Shown here: one piece after another, positions 1 to 12,387 of the stretch
How positions within the stretch are numbered: position 1 is the stretch's first letter
Layout: each line of letters starts with the position of its first letter
Source of the DNA: Octopus sinensis
Lineage: Eukaryota
NCBI RefSeq assembly: GCF_006345805.1
Contig: NC_042998.1
Coordinates: 133,858,001-133,922,000 of the forward strand
Direction of reading: 5' to 3'
Length of the DNA: 64,000 nt
Position numbers and translations under genes: made by a program
Notes under the pieces: generated by a model
Database searches by the model: none
Seen by the model: the letters and a program-made list of their open reading frames with translations, nothing else
Told to the model about the DNA's origin: nothing

Positions 1-61
1 AATAATAAAAGTATTATTAAACTATTATCATTGCTATTATTATTATATTATTAGGGTTATA

Positions 62-103
<42 letters not shown>

Positions 104-142
104 CAAAAATAATTATAACAACAACAACAACAACACAACAAC

Positions 143-203
<61 letters not shown>

Positions 204-222
204 TGATAATGATGATGATGAA
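1..222. repeat. Compound trinucleotide microsatellite (ATT)n/(ACA)n/(TAA)n/(GAT)n
   Basis: Directly visible tandem triplets. Confidence 0.95.
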
Positions 223-517
223 ATATTATTACACAACTAAACGATAATAGAGAAACATAAAAATAATAATCCATTAAAGCAAAAGATAACAAGGTCTATT
301 TTCAAACTATAATACAAGCACAACTCAAGAAAAAAAATCTATTAGCTTGAAAAGTCATAAAATTGTATAATTAGATGATTATATTTGGTCATTATTGTTG
401 GCAGGGGGAAAAAATCAACAATAAAATTAATCCCTCTGTGAGGAATATACTATTAGGCTTATATACTTAATGAATGAATCAGTAAAACATATACACAGAC
501 ATGCACATATATAATTT

Positions 518-571
<54 letters not shown>

Positions 572-610
572 TAGACAGACAGATAGACAGACAGATAGAT
601 AGATAGATAT

Positions 611-691
<81 letters not shown>

Positions 692-695
692 CAGA
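518..695. repeat. (GATA)n/(GACA)n microsatellite
   Basis: Direct; source of the spurious SIYL ORFs. Confidence 0.97.
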
Positions 696-789
696 CACTC
701 ATTAAAGTTAGGGGGATACATGCAGTTAAAAAGAATATACATATATTCATGTGAGTGTAAGATTTTGAGACGACCGTACGTTCATCCAT

Positions 790-868
<79 letters not shown>

Positions 869-888
869 GTTATATATATGTATATATA

Positions 889-1054
889 AATGAACTTCGC
901 CATGATACATCGCTAGCCACTACACATTATTTTCTCTCCTTGTTTCTCTCTGTGTTCCTTTCTGTGGAAGAGCGTAGATTCGAAACGTTAAAGACTATTT
1001 TCACTTCCCGAGCGTTATACTAATACATCTGTTTGTTGTCTACACTACCTGTCT
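889..1054 (+). mobile_element. Short dispersed repeat, family E (hammerhead-like, Penelope-type non-autonomous element)
   Basis: Homologous to the reverse complements of 29275-29462 and 46775-46968; follows an (AT)n tract. Confidence 0.8.
958..993 (+). ncRNA. Minimal type I hammerhead-like motif, variant core (CUGUGGAA)
   Basis: CTTT-CTGTGGAA-GAG cgtaga TTC-GAAA-CG-TT-AAAG: stem I CTTT/AAAG, palindromic ACGT stem III; A6 replaced by U. Confidence 0.55.
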
Positions 1055-1186
1055 CTTAAGGCTGTCCTTAAGAGAGATGCCAAAGAATTGTTTATCCATT
1101 ACTGAAGCTTTACCTGGCATAAGTGCTTATAGTAGCGAGAAATTGAGGTTATAAGAGATAATGGTGTCCTTGTGACCAAAAGGTGT

Positions 1187-1234
<48 letters not shown>

Positions 1235-1237
<3 letters not shown>

Positions 1238-1659
1238 TAAGGCCCAAGGATCAAATGTAGGAAGAAAGTCAGCTTCAAGCAATCGGTAGAAAATATTAAA
1301 AAATAACTTTCAAGAATAATAGTGGTTTATTGGTGCGGAAGGTTATGAACTTATCGAAGTGCGATAAGCTGAAAAAATTTATTTTATACTTCGCGGTTGG
1401 CAGCCTGGGTTGCCAGGTATGTGAATAAAAATCCAAGAGTTAAGGAGTAGATAATATGCGGACTGCACATATTAACACACGGAGGATTCGATCAGAAAGA
1501 TCCTTACGACAAAGTAAACTTCATATAACCAAGATACCTTTGGCCTGAAGAGTAGCCTGCGGAATACATCTTGCTTGGGTATTTACCACTTTCACGGTTC
1601 CGCTCGCTATGAAACATATGTAGCCCTCATATCATCTGTTCCGTTCCTTAACTCTTGAA
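1235..1659 (+). mobile_element. Hammerhead-bearing element with an inverted copy of its 3' tail upstream
   Basis: 1432-1458 is the reverse complement (with a deletion) of 1628-1659. 1235-1458 is also the reverse-complement homologue of 17010-17225. Confidence 0.7.
1533..1633 (+). ncRNA. Type I hammerhead ribozyme with long stem II
   Basis: GGC-CTGAAGA(1545-1551)-GTAGC..GCGGAA...TTCCGC..GCTAT-GAAA(1611-1614)-CATATG-TA|GCC. Stem I is GGC/GCC plus GATA/TATC after an internal loop; stem III is the palindrome ACATATGT; GUA site after 1622; G10.1-U11.1 wobble. Confidence 0.8.
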
Positions 1660-1970
1660 TATATATATATATATATATAATCCGTAATAATGAAGGGTGA
1701 AATTAATTAATTTGGAATAATTATCAATTACACCAAGTAGTCTTCGGCATGTAAAAGCCTCATTCGAGGAAAATTTAAGTAATACTAAGCAATAAAGGGT
1801 TTAGCAACGAATTGCCTTACCACATACCGAATTTAGAAATAGCAGTCAAAGAGTTATAGCTATTTCTTCTACTAAAAAGGGAGATCTCAGTAAAAACAGC
1901 AATCGGAAGGCAGACACAAACAGGTAAGAGAGAATGAATTGACGGCAATCTATCATACAATTTTAAGTTA

Positions 1971-2070
1971 TCTACGGACGCACGTTTCGAAATCAAGTTT
2001 TTAGGAAAGCATAAGAATTAAATATTAAATAATTCTACCTTACCAAAACTTCTTTTCTCTTCAGCGTAGA
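1971..2070 (-). ncRNA. Type I hammerhead ribozyme, intact core (copy 1)
   Basis: Minus strand: TCTACG-CTGAAGA-GAAA.AAGTTTT.GG..GAATTA..TAATTC..CC.AAAACTT.TTTC-GAAA-CGTGCG-TC|CGTAGA. Perfect 6-bp stem I, 69-nt stem II, GUC site between 1977 and 1976. Confidence 0.92.
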
Positions 2071-2562
2071 ATACTATAATCATAAATGATTATATATTGA
2101 ATTTTGAGATACTAGAACGCACCAACTCAACTCAGTATCAGAGCGAGCTAGAATCCGCAACTAGTATCACCAAATTCAATGTGTGAATGAAAAGATTGTG
2201 TCACCAGCCCCTTCCCACCCGCGTGTAGCCAAAACAAGATGCTGTGGTCATCTACTGAGATAAAATATGGTTATCCGTAATAATGAAGGGTGAAATTAAT
2301 TAATTTGGAATAATTATCAATTACACCAAGTAGTCTTCGGCATGTAAAAGCCTCATTCGAGGAAAATTTAAGTAATACTAAGCAATAAAGGGTTAGCAAC
2401 GAATTGCCTTACCACATACCGAATTTAGAAATAGCAGTCAAAGAGTTATAGCTATTTCTTCTACTAAAAAGGGAGATCTCAGTAAAAACAGCAATTGGAA
2501 GGCAGACACAAACAGGTAAGAGAGAATGAATTGACGGCAATCTATCATACAATTTTAAGTTA

Positions 2563-2660
2563 TCTACGGACGCACGTTTCGAAATCAAGTTTTTAGGAAA
2601 GCATAAGAATTAAATATTAAATAATTCTACCTTACCAAAACTTTTTCTCTTCAGCGTAGA
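2563..2660 (-). ncRNA. Type I hammerhead ribozyme, intact core (copy 2)
   Basis: Same motif as 1971-2070; predicted cleavage between 2569 and 2568. Confidence 0.92.
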
Positions 2661-3388
2661 ATACTATAATCATAAATGATTATATATTGAATTTTGAGAT
2701 ACTAGAAGGCACCAACTCAACTCAGTATCAGAGCGAGCTAGAATCCGCAACTAGTATCACCAAATTCAATGTGTGAATGAAAAGATTGTGTCACCAGCCC
2801 CTTCCCACCCGCGTGTAGCCAAAACAAGATGCTGTGGTCATCTACTGAGATAAAATATGTTTATCCGTAATAATGAAGGGTGAAATTAATTAATTTGGAA
2901 TAATTATCAATTACACCAAGTAGTCTTCGGCATGTAAAAGCCTCATTCGAGGAACATTTAAGTAATACTAAGCAATAAAGGGTTTAGCAACGAATTGCCT
3001 TACCACGGTAGAATTATTTAATATTTAATTCTTATGCTTTCCTAAAAACTTGATTTCGAAACGTGCGTCCGTAGATAACTTAAAATTGTATGATAGATTG
3101 CCGTCAATTCATTCTCTCTTACCTGTTTGTGTCTGCCTTCCAATTGCTGTTTTTACTGAGATCTCCCTTTTTAGTAGAAGAAATAGCTATAACTCTTTGA
3201 CTGCTATTTCTAAATTCGGTATGTGGTAAGGCAATTCGTTGCTAAACCCTTTATTGCTTAGTATTACTATATATATATATATATATATATATTATGTTGG
3301 TGCATAATTATTGCGGCCTTTTTTTCAATAAATTTTATTCAACAAAACATTTAAACAAAACACCAAGCAGTAATAGAAGTAGTAGATT

Positions 3389-3621
3389 AAGGCGACGAGC
3401 TGGCCGAAAAGTTAGCACGCCGGGCGAAATGCTTAGCAGTATTTCATCTGCCGCTACGTTCTGAGTTCAAATTCCGCCGAGTTCGACTTTGCCTTTCATC
3501 CTTTCGGAGTCGATTAAATAAGTACCAGTCACGCACTGGTACTTAATCGACTTAATCTCTTTGGTTGTTCTTGTTTGTCCCCTCTATGTTTAGCTTCTTG
3601 TGGGCAATAAAGAAATAAGAA
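3389..3621 (+). mobile_element. tRNA-derived SINE, family A
   Basis: GGCGACGAGCTGG head, GTTCAAATTCC B-box-like motif, conserved GACTTTGCCTTTCATCCTTTCGG core; many copies in the window. Confidence 0.9.
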
Positions 3622-3743
3622 ATTGAAGTAGATGGGGAATATGCTCCGGAATAATCATTTAAAGATGTTTTTGTTAAATGCTGTTATTGTTTGTGTTGAA
3701 TAAAATTTATTGAAAAATGCTGCAATAGTTATGCACCATGCTA

Positions 3744-3803
<60 letters not shown>

Positions 3804-4079
3804 CGACACACTACGGTAGAAGTAGAAGACTATATTTACTAAATGATACAGGTATAGAGGCTTATATTTAGGATTTTAGCTTTCTGTGTCAACAATTCGA
3901 TGATCGTTGCACATTGCCAGACCGGTTGCGAGTGGCAATATTGATTACAAAAGCACAAACACAAAAACAGGCAACACCGGTGAGCAGAAAAAATTTCCCC
4001 CTGGTCATTAGATTATTCAAGGGAAACAATTTTTTCATACTTAATTGCAAAATCTTGGCAAAAATATCATTATGCGTTG

Positions 4080-4790
4080 ATTAAAATTATGTATATATAT
4101 ATAAATATAAAGTAACAAAAAATATACAAAAATATAAAAATACAATAGTAACAAAATAAATATATTAAACAATTAAGAATAGATCGAACAACTTCTTGGA
4201 AATAAATTGAAAAAAGATAGGATATTAAGGTTAAATTAGTATTATAAACCTTGGAAACTAATAATTAAATAAAATTACTTATAAAAATCTTCGAAAAGCA
4301 TTAAAGTTAAAGAATTAACATTTAAAGTTAATATTGAAATTAAAAAATGGAAATTGAGAATTAAATGTAAAAAGGTATTGAAAACTTCCATAACTAAAAC
4401 GTGAAAAAATATGTAAAATTAAAACTGAAATTAAAATATAGAAATTGAAAAAGTAAAAACTTTTTAAATTGTGAATAGAATTAAAAATAGAATTAAAATC
4501 ACAAATAAATATTAAAAATTGATATGAAATATTAAAATATAAAAATAAAATGTAAAAAGTAAAACAATTGAAATGAAAATTTTAAAAGTTTTAATTTATG
4601 TTAAAGATTTAAGAATAAAAATTCATTTACATGCAATATTAAAGAAATAATAATAAAAAATAAAAGCTTTTATATATTAAAAATCTAAACACTTAAAGGT
4701 AGAAGATGAAATATAAAAGATAATTTAATGTTAAAATAAATTGAAATATGATATTAAACTTAAGAATCTTAAAATATTGGAAATACTGTT
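4080..4790. repeat. Extremely A/T-rich low-complexity tract with strong A skew
   Basis: Degenerate AAAATT/AAATTGAAA motifs with very few C/G. Confidence 0.75.
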
Positions 4791-5084
4791 GCCTTGACAA
4801 CATCTTGCCAGGAATGTGTTTAACGTGCAAATAGATCTTTCCAACTATATTACACCACTAAACCAAGTGACAATGTCATTGTGGATAGTTAATGGATTAA
4901 ATGAAATGCTGATGAAAGGAAAATATTCGTTGAAATATGCATATATGAACTCATTACATATTTTCTGTCGTCGATCTCATTATTTATATAGACATATTTA
5001 TTTCCGAAATGTTATGGCCTATAGTGCTGGCTCTGAACTCTAAAATATCTATCGAGATAACTTTAAATATTATGTATATATGTA

Positions 5085-5848
5085 TTATGTAATAATATAA
5101 ATAATATATAAATATATGCATATATACATACATATATGTACATACTTACATCTATATGTATATATACATGCATATACGGGTACAGGACATCAAAATAACG
5201 TTGAACACAATGAGGAACGAAAACATAAAAACAAAAACATGGAAACGAACTATTTTTCAAACAACGAAAGAACAGAGAACAAGACATACAACACAAGGAA
5301 TATTCCCCTTCTTCAGTTGTCCCTGTTTCGTCTACTCCGCGTTTTCGAAGGTAAGGACAAGACGCGACTTCGTTGAAACAGTCCTTCCCGCAAAGAAAGT
5401 TAAATAAAATTTGGGATTTTTTGTGGAGGGGTAAAAGTGGTAACTAGGAGGAGGAGAAGTAAGAGAAAGGGAACAGTGAAGGGGAGAGCAGAAGAATAGG
5501 GAAGGGTGGGAGAGAAAAACAGAAAGGATAAAGAACAAGAGAGGGAGAGAGATAGATAGAAGAGTGCGCTTCATAATTATTAAGATAAAAACTTACATGG
5601 AAAAAGATGCGTGACTTTCGATCATATAATAATATAAATAATATATAAATATATGCATATATACATACATATATGTACATACCTACATCTATATGTATAT
5701 ATACATGCATATATGGGTACAGGACATAAAAAAACGTTGAACACAATGAGAAATGAAAACATAAAAACAAAAACATGGAAACGAACTTTTTTTCAAACAA
5801 CGAAAGAACAGATTACAAGACATACAACAAGGAATATTCCCCTTCTTC
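5085..5848 (-). mobile_element. Dispersed repeat family D, ~540-bp tandem (about 1.4 units)
   Basis: AATATATAAATATATGCATATATACATAC recurs at ~5103 and ~5640. Homologues lie at 14030-15345, 27195-27395 and 62168-62400. The minus strand carries CTGAAGA plus a GGAATATTCC hairpin. Confidence 0.85.
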
Positions 5849-6187
5849 TATGTATGCATTCATGTATGTATGTATGTATGTATGTATGTATGTATGTATG
5901 TATGTATGTATGTATGTATGTATGTCTGTATCTATAAGCCTGTGAGTAGTCTTTAACATTTTGAAAAACACAAAAGTAACTCGGCCACCTACGTCAGCTG
6001 ACGTAGGTGGCCGAGTTACTTTTGTGTTTTTCAAAATGTTTAAGACTACTCACAGGCTTATAGATACATACATACATACATACATACATACATACATACA
6101 TACATACATACATACATACATACATACATGAATGCATACATAGAAGAAGGGGAATATTCCTTGTTGTATGTCTTGTAATCTGTTCTT
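5804..6187. repeat. Spacerless ~380-bp palindrome centred at 5997/5998
   Basis: ...GCCACCTACGTCAG|CTGACGTAGGTGGC...; the arms include a (TATG)n tract and the end of family D, with only isolated mismatches plus a microsatellite length difference. Confidence 0.92.
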
Positions 6188-6243
6188 GTAATATATATAT
6201 ATATATGCATCAAATGAAATCAAAAACAGAACACAGAGGATGT

Positions 6244-6334
6244 CGCAGTACACGTGTTTCAAGCTTTATAAAACGAGCTATTCTTACATTGTATAATCGA
6301 CATAAAGGATGGTTTAAAGCTCTCTTCAGCCGCA
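6244..6334 (-). ncRNA. Type I hammerhead ribozyme with long stem II
   Basis: Minus strand: TGCGG-CTGAAGA-GAGCTTTA...TAAAGCTT-GAAA-CACGTG-TA|CTGCG. Stem III is the palindrome ACACGTGT; GUA site; C11.1 changed to U. Confidence 0.85.
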
Positions 6335-6400
6335 TGCAATTGTTATACCAAAGATTTACATCACATTATGAATAATCCGAAAGGTACATTTGGTATTACC

Positions 6401-6628
6401 CATAATGATAGGTTTATCGAAACTCACTGAGAAAGTATGTTTGTAAATCTTCATAACCAAATAGGTGTGTAGGGTATCATTGGACTTCGAAAATCCGTCC
6501 ATTCTGTATCACCAGTCAGATACAATATGGACGGATTTTCGAAGTCTAATGATACCCTACACACCTATTTGGTTATGAAGATTTACAAACATACTTTCTC
6601 AGTGAGTCTCGATAAACCTATCATTATG
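6401..6628. repeat. Inverted repeat, 110-bp arms, 8-nt spacer
   Basis: 6401-6510 versus 6519-6628 are near-perfect reverse complements around ACCAGTCA. Confidence 0.93.
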
Positions 6629-6643
6629 ATATATATATATATA

Positions 6644-7128
<485 letters not shown>

Positions 7129-8593
7129 ATATTGGATGGGATTGAACTCTCTCAATCACACTTTCATTCTCTTTCCACTTATTTTCCCCTTCCCCTCTCG
7201 CTCCATTGCTGTCTTTTATTGATTTTTTCCAACTGGATTCTATTTTTCCTCTTTCCACACCTCCCTTTCTGTTTTTCCGTTTTTCTATGCATCTCTTCAT
7301 ATTTCTCTTCTTTGTATACCTGCCTTCTCTTTTCCCTTACAGCACAACTGTTTTCCGTGCCATGTTCTCACCACCCTCAAAACTCTCATACACACAAATT
7401 ACTTCCCAACACCATACGTTTTTGTAAATCACCATTTTTGCTCTTTCATACAAATCACTATCCTTCGCCCATCCACATTCACCCATGTACTTTCAATATA
7501 TTTTAACACTCTGCCACCGACCCCAGCCGCGTTTTTAGCTTCTACCTATTTTGTTTTCACCACACATCATCTATGTCAACAAAACGTTTCTCCTACCAAC
7601 AGAATTTCTCTTTATCCTTCAATAAATTTGAAAACAAACACCTCCGTCACCATTTCCACCATTTCTATCGTGCTCACCAAACGACCACCGTAACCATTGC
7701 CTTTGTTACTATCAAGAGACCCTCCTCCACTCGCATCACCACCACCACCAGAAAAAACAACAACATAACTTTGTAAAATATTTGCCGTTGCCATGCCTGA
7801 TACCACTGACAATAAGAACAATACTAACAATAAGAACAACAACAGCATATGAAATAACCTATACTAGCAAAGTCAGCCGCTATATCTCCACCATTACCAT
7901 CGCTATCACTACAACCAATAACATCAACCTTACTACTACCAATCTACCTGAACAACAACCATCGCTAATAGTGTATCCGTTACTGCTAATACAACCACCA
8001 GCATCATTACAACGGCTAACATCATGACACTACCAATACCTACACCATCACCATCATAAATCACATCCTACCTCAATTCAACTCGACTGACACAAACAAC
8101 AGCTTATTACACACAAACACACTGACACGCAAACAATTTTTCATTGTAATGCGAAATCTTTCATCAAGAAAAGAAGAAAAAAAATTAATTTTGTTTTGGT
8201 TTGTTTCCTACAAACAACACATCGCTTGCATCATTTTATTATAAACCCTACATTTTCAAAACAACCTTAATCTTTTGTTACGCTTCAAACTGAGCAAGAA
8301 ATGAAATTTCTCTTCGTAAAGCAAAATGGCTTTCTCCCCCATATGATAACTTACGCTTCCGGTTTTATTTTATTTTTCCTTATATCTAGATCAATATTTA
8401 TCGGTTTCATTCACCTACATTAATTTTCTTTTATTTCTGCATCTGTTTTTTTTATTTTGCTTCTGTTTTTTCTCTTTATTATATTACAAAAAACCTTCAA
8501 CTCATTTTGTTAAATAAGTCTCTTTTTTGCTTTTCCCCTCTGGTATTCCTTTTCTTTCTATTCTCTTTATACTAATTTTCTCTCATTTTCTCT

Positions 8594-8675
<82 letters not shown>

Positions 8676-9099
8676 CTTTCCTTTGATTTCTAGCTTTACA
8701 GCTTTTATTATCTTTATCATGATCGTAATCATTCTTATTACCGTCACCAACCCACTCCAATTATCATCATCACTATTATCGTAATCGTCGCCATTATCTT
8801 ATTTGCTATAGTCAGCATCATCGTCGACGTCATCGCCGCCATAGTTTCTTCTCGTCTTTTACTTCCCCGTAACTTCATCCTCTCGATGTCTTATTCTTAT
8901 TTTCACCTTATTGTCCAGGTATTTCCATAACAACAGTAACAACACTAGCAATAGCAACACGAACAATAATAACAACAACCCTAACGCAAACAACGACAGC
9001 AATAACAACACCAATACAAGTGCTAAGTTTTTTTTCTGCTATCAGAATGATGGCGCCTATATCTAATATCAAATATATGTGAATTAGCATGAATATGTG

Positions 9100-9945
9100 T
9101 ACGCGTGTATGTGTGAGTGTCTGTGTTCGTGCGTCTGTGTATATGTGCAACCTTATGCACGCGTCTGCGTGCGTGCACACATGCTCAGACACATACAAAT
9201 ACGTATGTAGGTGGCAGAGTATGCTGCTGTCGTTTTGAATGATTATATACCTATAGATATATGTATGTGATCGTGTGCGTGTGTGTTTGTATGTGCATGT
9301 AAGCATTAGTTCTTGGTATATTCCTGTGTCTGTATCCTTGAATGCGTATGAGTTTGTGGGAACATGAATATGGATGATTTTGTGTATGTGTGCGTATATG
9401 TGTATGTGTATGTGCGTGTGTGTGTGAGTGTGTGTGTGTGAGTGTGTGTGCGCGTGTTTGCATATCTGTATCTCATTATAACTGTGCAAGTTTTTGCCTG
9501 TTATCGTATTAATACGCGGGTTTTAGTGCATGTCTTCATGGATGTGCAATTTGTACGTGTGTGCTTGTTTTGTGTGTGTGTGTGTACATGTGTATGTGTG
9601 TGCATCTGTGTGTGTGAGCATGTGTGTGCGCATGTGTGTGTGCGCATGTGTGTGTGCGCATGTGTGTGCGCATGTGTGTGTGCGCACGCTCGTAACATCA
9701 TGTGTTTGTGGTAGCATATGTGCGTACATGCATACGCCTGCACATATCCGCGCGAATAGATACATTTGTGTGTGCGTGCTAGTACATATGCCTGTGTACG
9801 TGTGTTTGTGTCTACGCGCGTGTACAGGTTTATGTAGGAGAATATGAATCTCTGTTTGAGGATGTGATTGGAACTGAAGCGTGTGTTCAGTGTATGCGTA
9901 ATAGTGTGTGTGTTGGTGCGTTGTTATTGTTGCTGTTGTTGTCAT
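9100..9945. repeat. Degenerate (TG)n/(TGCG) low-complexity tract
   Basis: Direct; explains the HT/CV-rich ORFs. Confidence 0.85.
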
Positions 9946-10375
9946 CCCATTTCATGTTTTAAATTCAATTAATATTTTTTCTCTCTGTGATCCTTTCAAT
10001 AAAGTCTTCTGTTCATTAACTCGGTTGCAATCAATTAATTTGTTTTTACCTTGAATAATTAACAACTCTGAGGCTTTTGATTTTGCTCTATTCCTTACTT
10101 TTACCAAGTTATCTTTTCATAATATTATTGTTTATTTAACATGCTCAACGCCCCTTTGTCGGTTATTCGCTTACTCATACACTCACTCAGCTGTCTATTT
10201 TCTCATTTTTCGTTCAATCATTCACACGCACGCACACAGACACACACATTCACACACACACACACACACACATGAAAAACATGAGTAAGATAGAACTGAG
10301 TAAATGAGCAAGTGATTTGTCGTAGGAAGAGCAAAATATTGTGAATGTGTATATGTGTGTGTTTTGTGTGTGAAA

Positions 10376-11180
10376 GCAGTGAGTGAATGAGTGAGTGAGT
10401 GAGTGAGTGAGCGAGCGAGTGAGTGAGTGAGTGAGTGAGTGAGTGAGTGAGTGAGTGAGTGAGTGAGTGAGTGAATGAGTGAGTGATTGAGCGAGCGAGT
10501 GAGTGAATGAATGAGTGAGTGAATGAACGAGTGAGTGGCTGAGTGAATGAGCGAGTGAACGAGAGAGTGAGTGAGTGAGTAAGTGAGTGAGAGAGTGAAT
10601 GAGTGAGTGAGTGAGTGAGTGAGTGAGTGAGTGAGTGAGCGAGCGAGTGGATGAATGAAGGAATGAGTGAATGAATGAGCGAGTGAGTGAGTGAGTGAGT
10701 GAGTGAGTGAGTGAGTGAATGAGTGAGTGATTGAGCGAGCGAGTGAGTGAATGAATGAGTGAGTGAATGAACAAGTGAGTGGCTGAGTGAATGAGCGAGT
10801 GAGTGAGAGAGTGAGTGAGTAAGTGAGTGAGAGAGCGAGTGAGTAAGTGAGTCAGTGAGTCAGTGAGTCAGTGAGTGAGTGAGTGAGTGAGTGAGTGAGC
10901 GAGCGAGTGGATGAATGAAGGAATGAGTGAATGAATGAGCGAGTGAGTGAGTGAGTGAGTGAGTGAGTGAGTGAGTGAGTGAGTGAATGAGTGAGTGATT
11001 GAGCGAGCGAGTGAGTGAATGAATGAGTGAGTGAATGAACGAGTGAGTGGCTGAGTGAATGAGCGAGTGAGTGAGAGAGTGAGTGAGTAAGTGAGTGAGA
11101 GAGTGAGTGAGTAAGTGAGTGAGTGAGTGAGTGAGTGAGTGAGTGAGTGAGTGAGTGAGTGAGTGAGTGAGCGAGCGAGC
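10376..11180. repeat. (GAGT)n/(GAAT)n satellite with ~250-bp higher-order units
   Basis: The diagnostic block TGATTGAGCGAGC...GTGGCTGAGTGAATGAGCG recurs at ~10484, ~10728 and ~10996. Confidence 0.88.
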
Positions 11181-11290
11181 GACCAAATAAGTGAGTAAAT
11201 AACTGACTGAATGAATAATTGCCTTTACTGAGAGAATGATTGAACGAAATTTTAAGAATTAAATGGAAGATAATCGTTTTCATATTGGCT

Positions 11291-11499
11291 TCAAATTTTG
11301 GCACAAGGCCAGCAAGTTCTGGAGAGTGATTAAATCGATTACGTCGACCCCATTGCTCAACTATTACTTACTTTATCGTCTCCGAAATGATGAAGGACAA
11401 CGCCGACCTCAGCGGCATTAAACTCAGAGAATAAAGACGGACGAAATGCCGATGAGCATTTTGTCCGGCGTACTAACGATTCTACCAGCTCACCGCCTT
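11291..11499 (-). mobile_element. SINE family A (diverged)
   Basis: Reverse complement of the family A head and core. Confidence 0.8.
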
Positions 11500-11559
11500 A
11501 ATAGTTTTGTTCATATTGCGAATCAAAAGCATTATAAAGCCGCCTCAGTTCAAAAAATA

Positions 11560-12200
11560 TTGGGATAAATGGTGAACACTCGACAGGTTTACAGTACTTC
11601 TTATGTAAGTGAACAGCAGATAAACAGCAATGTGATTTGGCATAAGCTTTTAATTTTATTTAATCTGAAGAGTAATTCATTTTAGCTGATATATTGTCTC
11701 AATCGTTTCAATATCATAGCGGGTTGAAAAAAAATATCTCTTCTGAGTGTTGCAGCTGCAGTTAGTAAAGGACCCACCAAGTCAGACTATTCAAAATCCT
11801 TTCCTGCCATGGATTGTACAATATTTTAACACGGATTGTTGTACAAAACAGAAGTAAACACTAGATGCGTGTTGTTTGACCTTTGTGCTTGATACAATAT
11901 TTCTTCCGTCATGTTGACCTGGTGATTCTGTCAAAGTTACTCGAGATTGGATAGTGAACAGACAGTGAAAATGGTAGCAAAAGAGATTCCTCATTTTTCT
12001 TGGAGAAAGAGAGAATGCAGCTTCTTCTAAAGTACTATCCCAGTCGAACTCGTATTCCAAGATGCCAGTTTTGACATGTCTCGGCAACAAACAGTGAAGC
12101 TTGCCAGAAATATTGCTCATACATGTCAATTTTTCGGATGAGATTAGACAACGAACATTACGCAGAAACTTTCTGAGATTTAAATAAGTTATTAAAATTC
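11560..12200 (-). mobile_element. Helitron Rep-helicase linker fragment, frameshifted and with stops
   Basis: Frames give LRNVRCLISSE, WDSTLEEAAFSLSPRKMRNLFA(T)IFTVC, NMTEEIL and SMAGKDF, resembling the Helitron motifs LHNVRGPTSFE and HWDxTLEEAA..SPxxLRxLFAxxLxxC (recalled consensus). Confidence 0.7.
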
Positions 12201-12315
12201 ATCATTTAAAAATTATACTTTCAAAAAGTAGTTGTTTCAGATGGCATAGAGAACAGGGAAATAATTCTTTCATTTTTTTACATAAAAATTTCTATATATT
12301 GTTTTCTAGATATAG

Positions 12316-12387
<72 letters not shown>

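Larger units (their letters stand above)
1680..3268 (-). mobile_element. Tandem ~590-bp hammerhead repeat (retrozyme/Penelope pseudo-LTR-like): 2 full units, 1 partial unit, then an inverted partial unit
   Basis: Units start at 1680, 2273 and 2863 and differ at only a handful of positions. 3007-3268 is the reverse complement of part of the unit. Both ends abut (AT)n. Confidence 0.9.

Noticed and set aside
1680-3006. CRISPR-like or satellite interpretation of the tandem repeat
   Set aside because: Units are ~590 bp with no repeat-spacer structure, and the context is eukaryotic.
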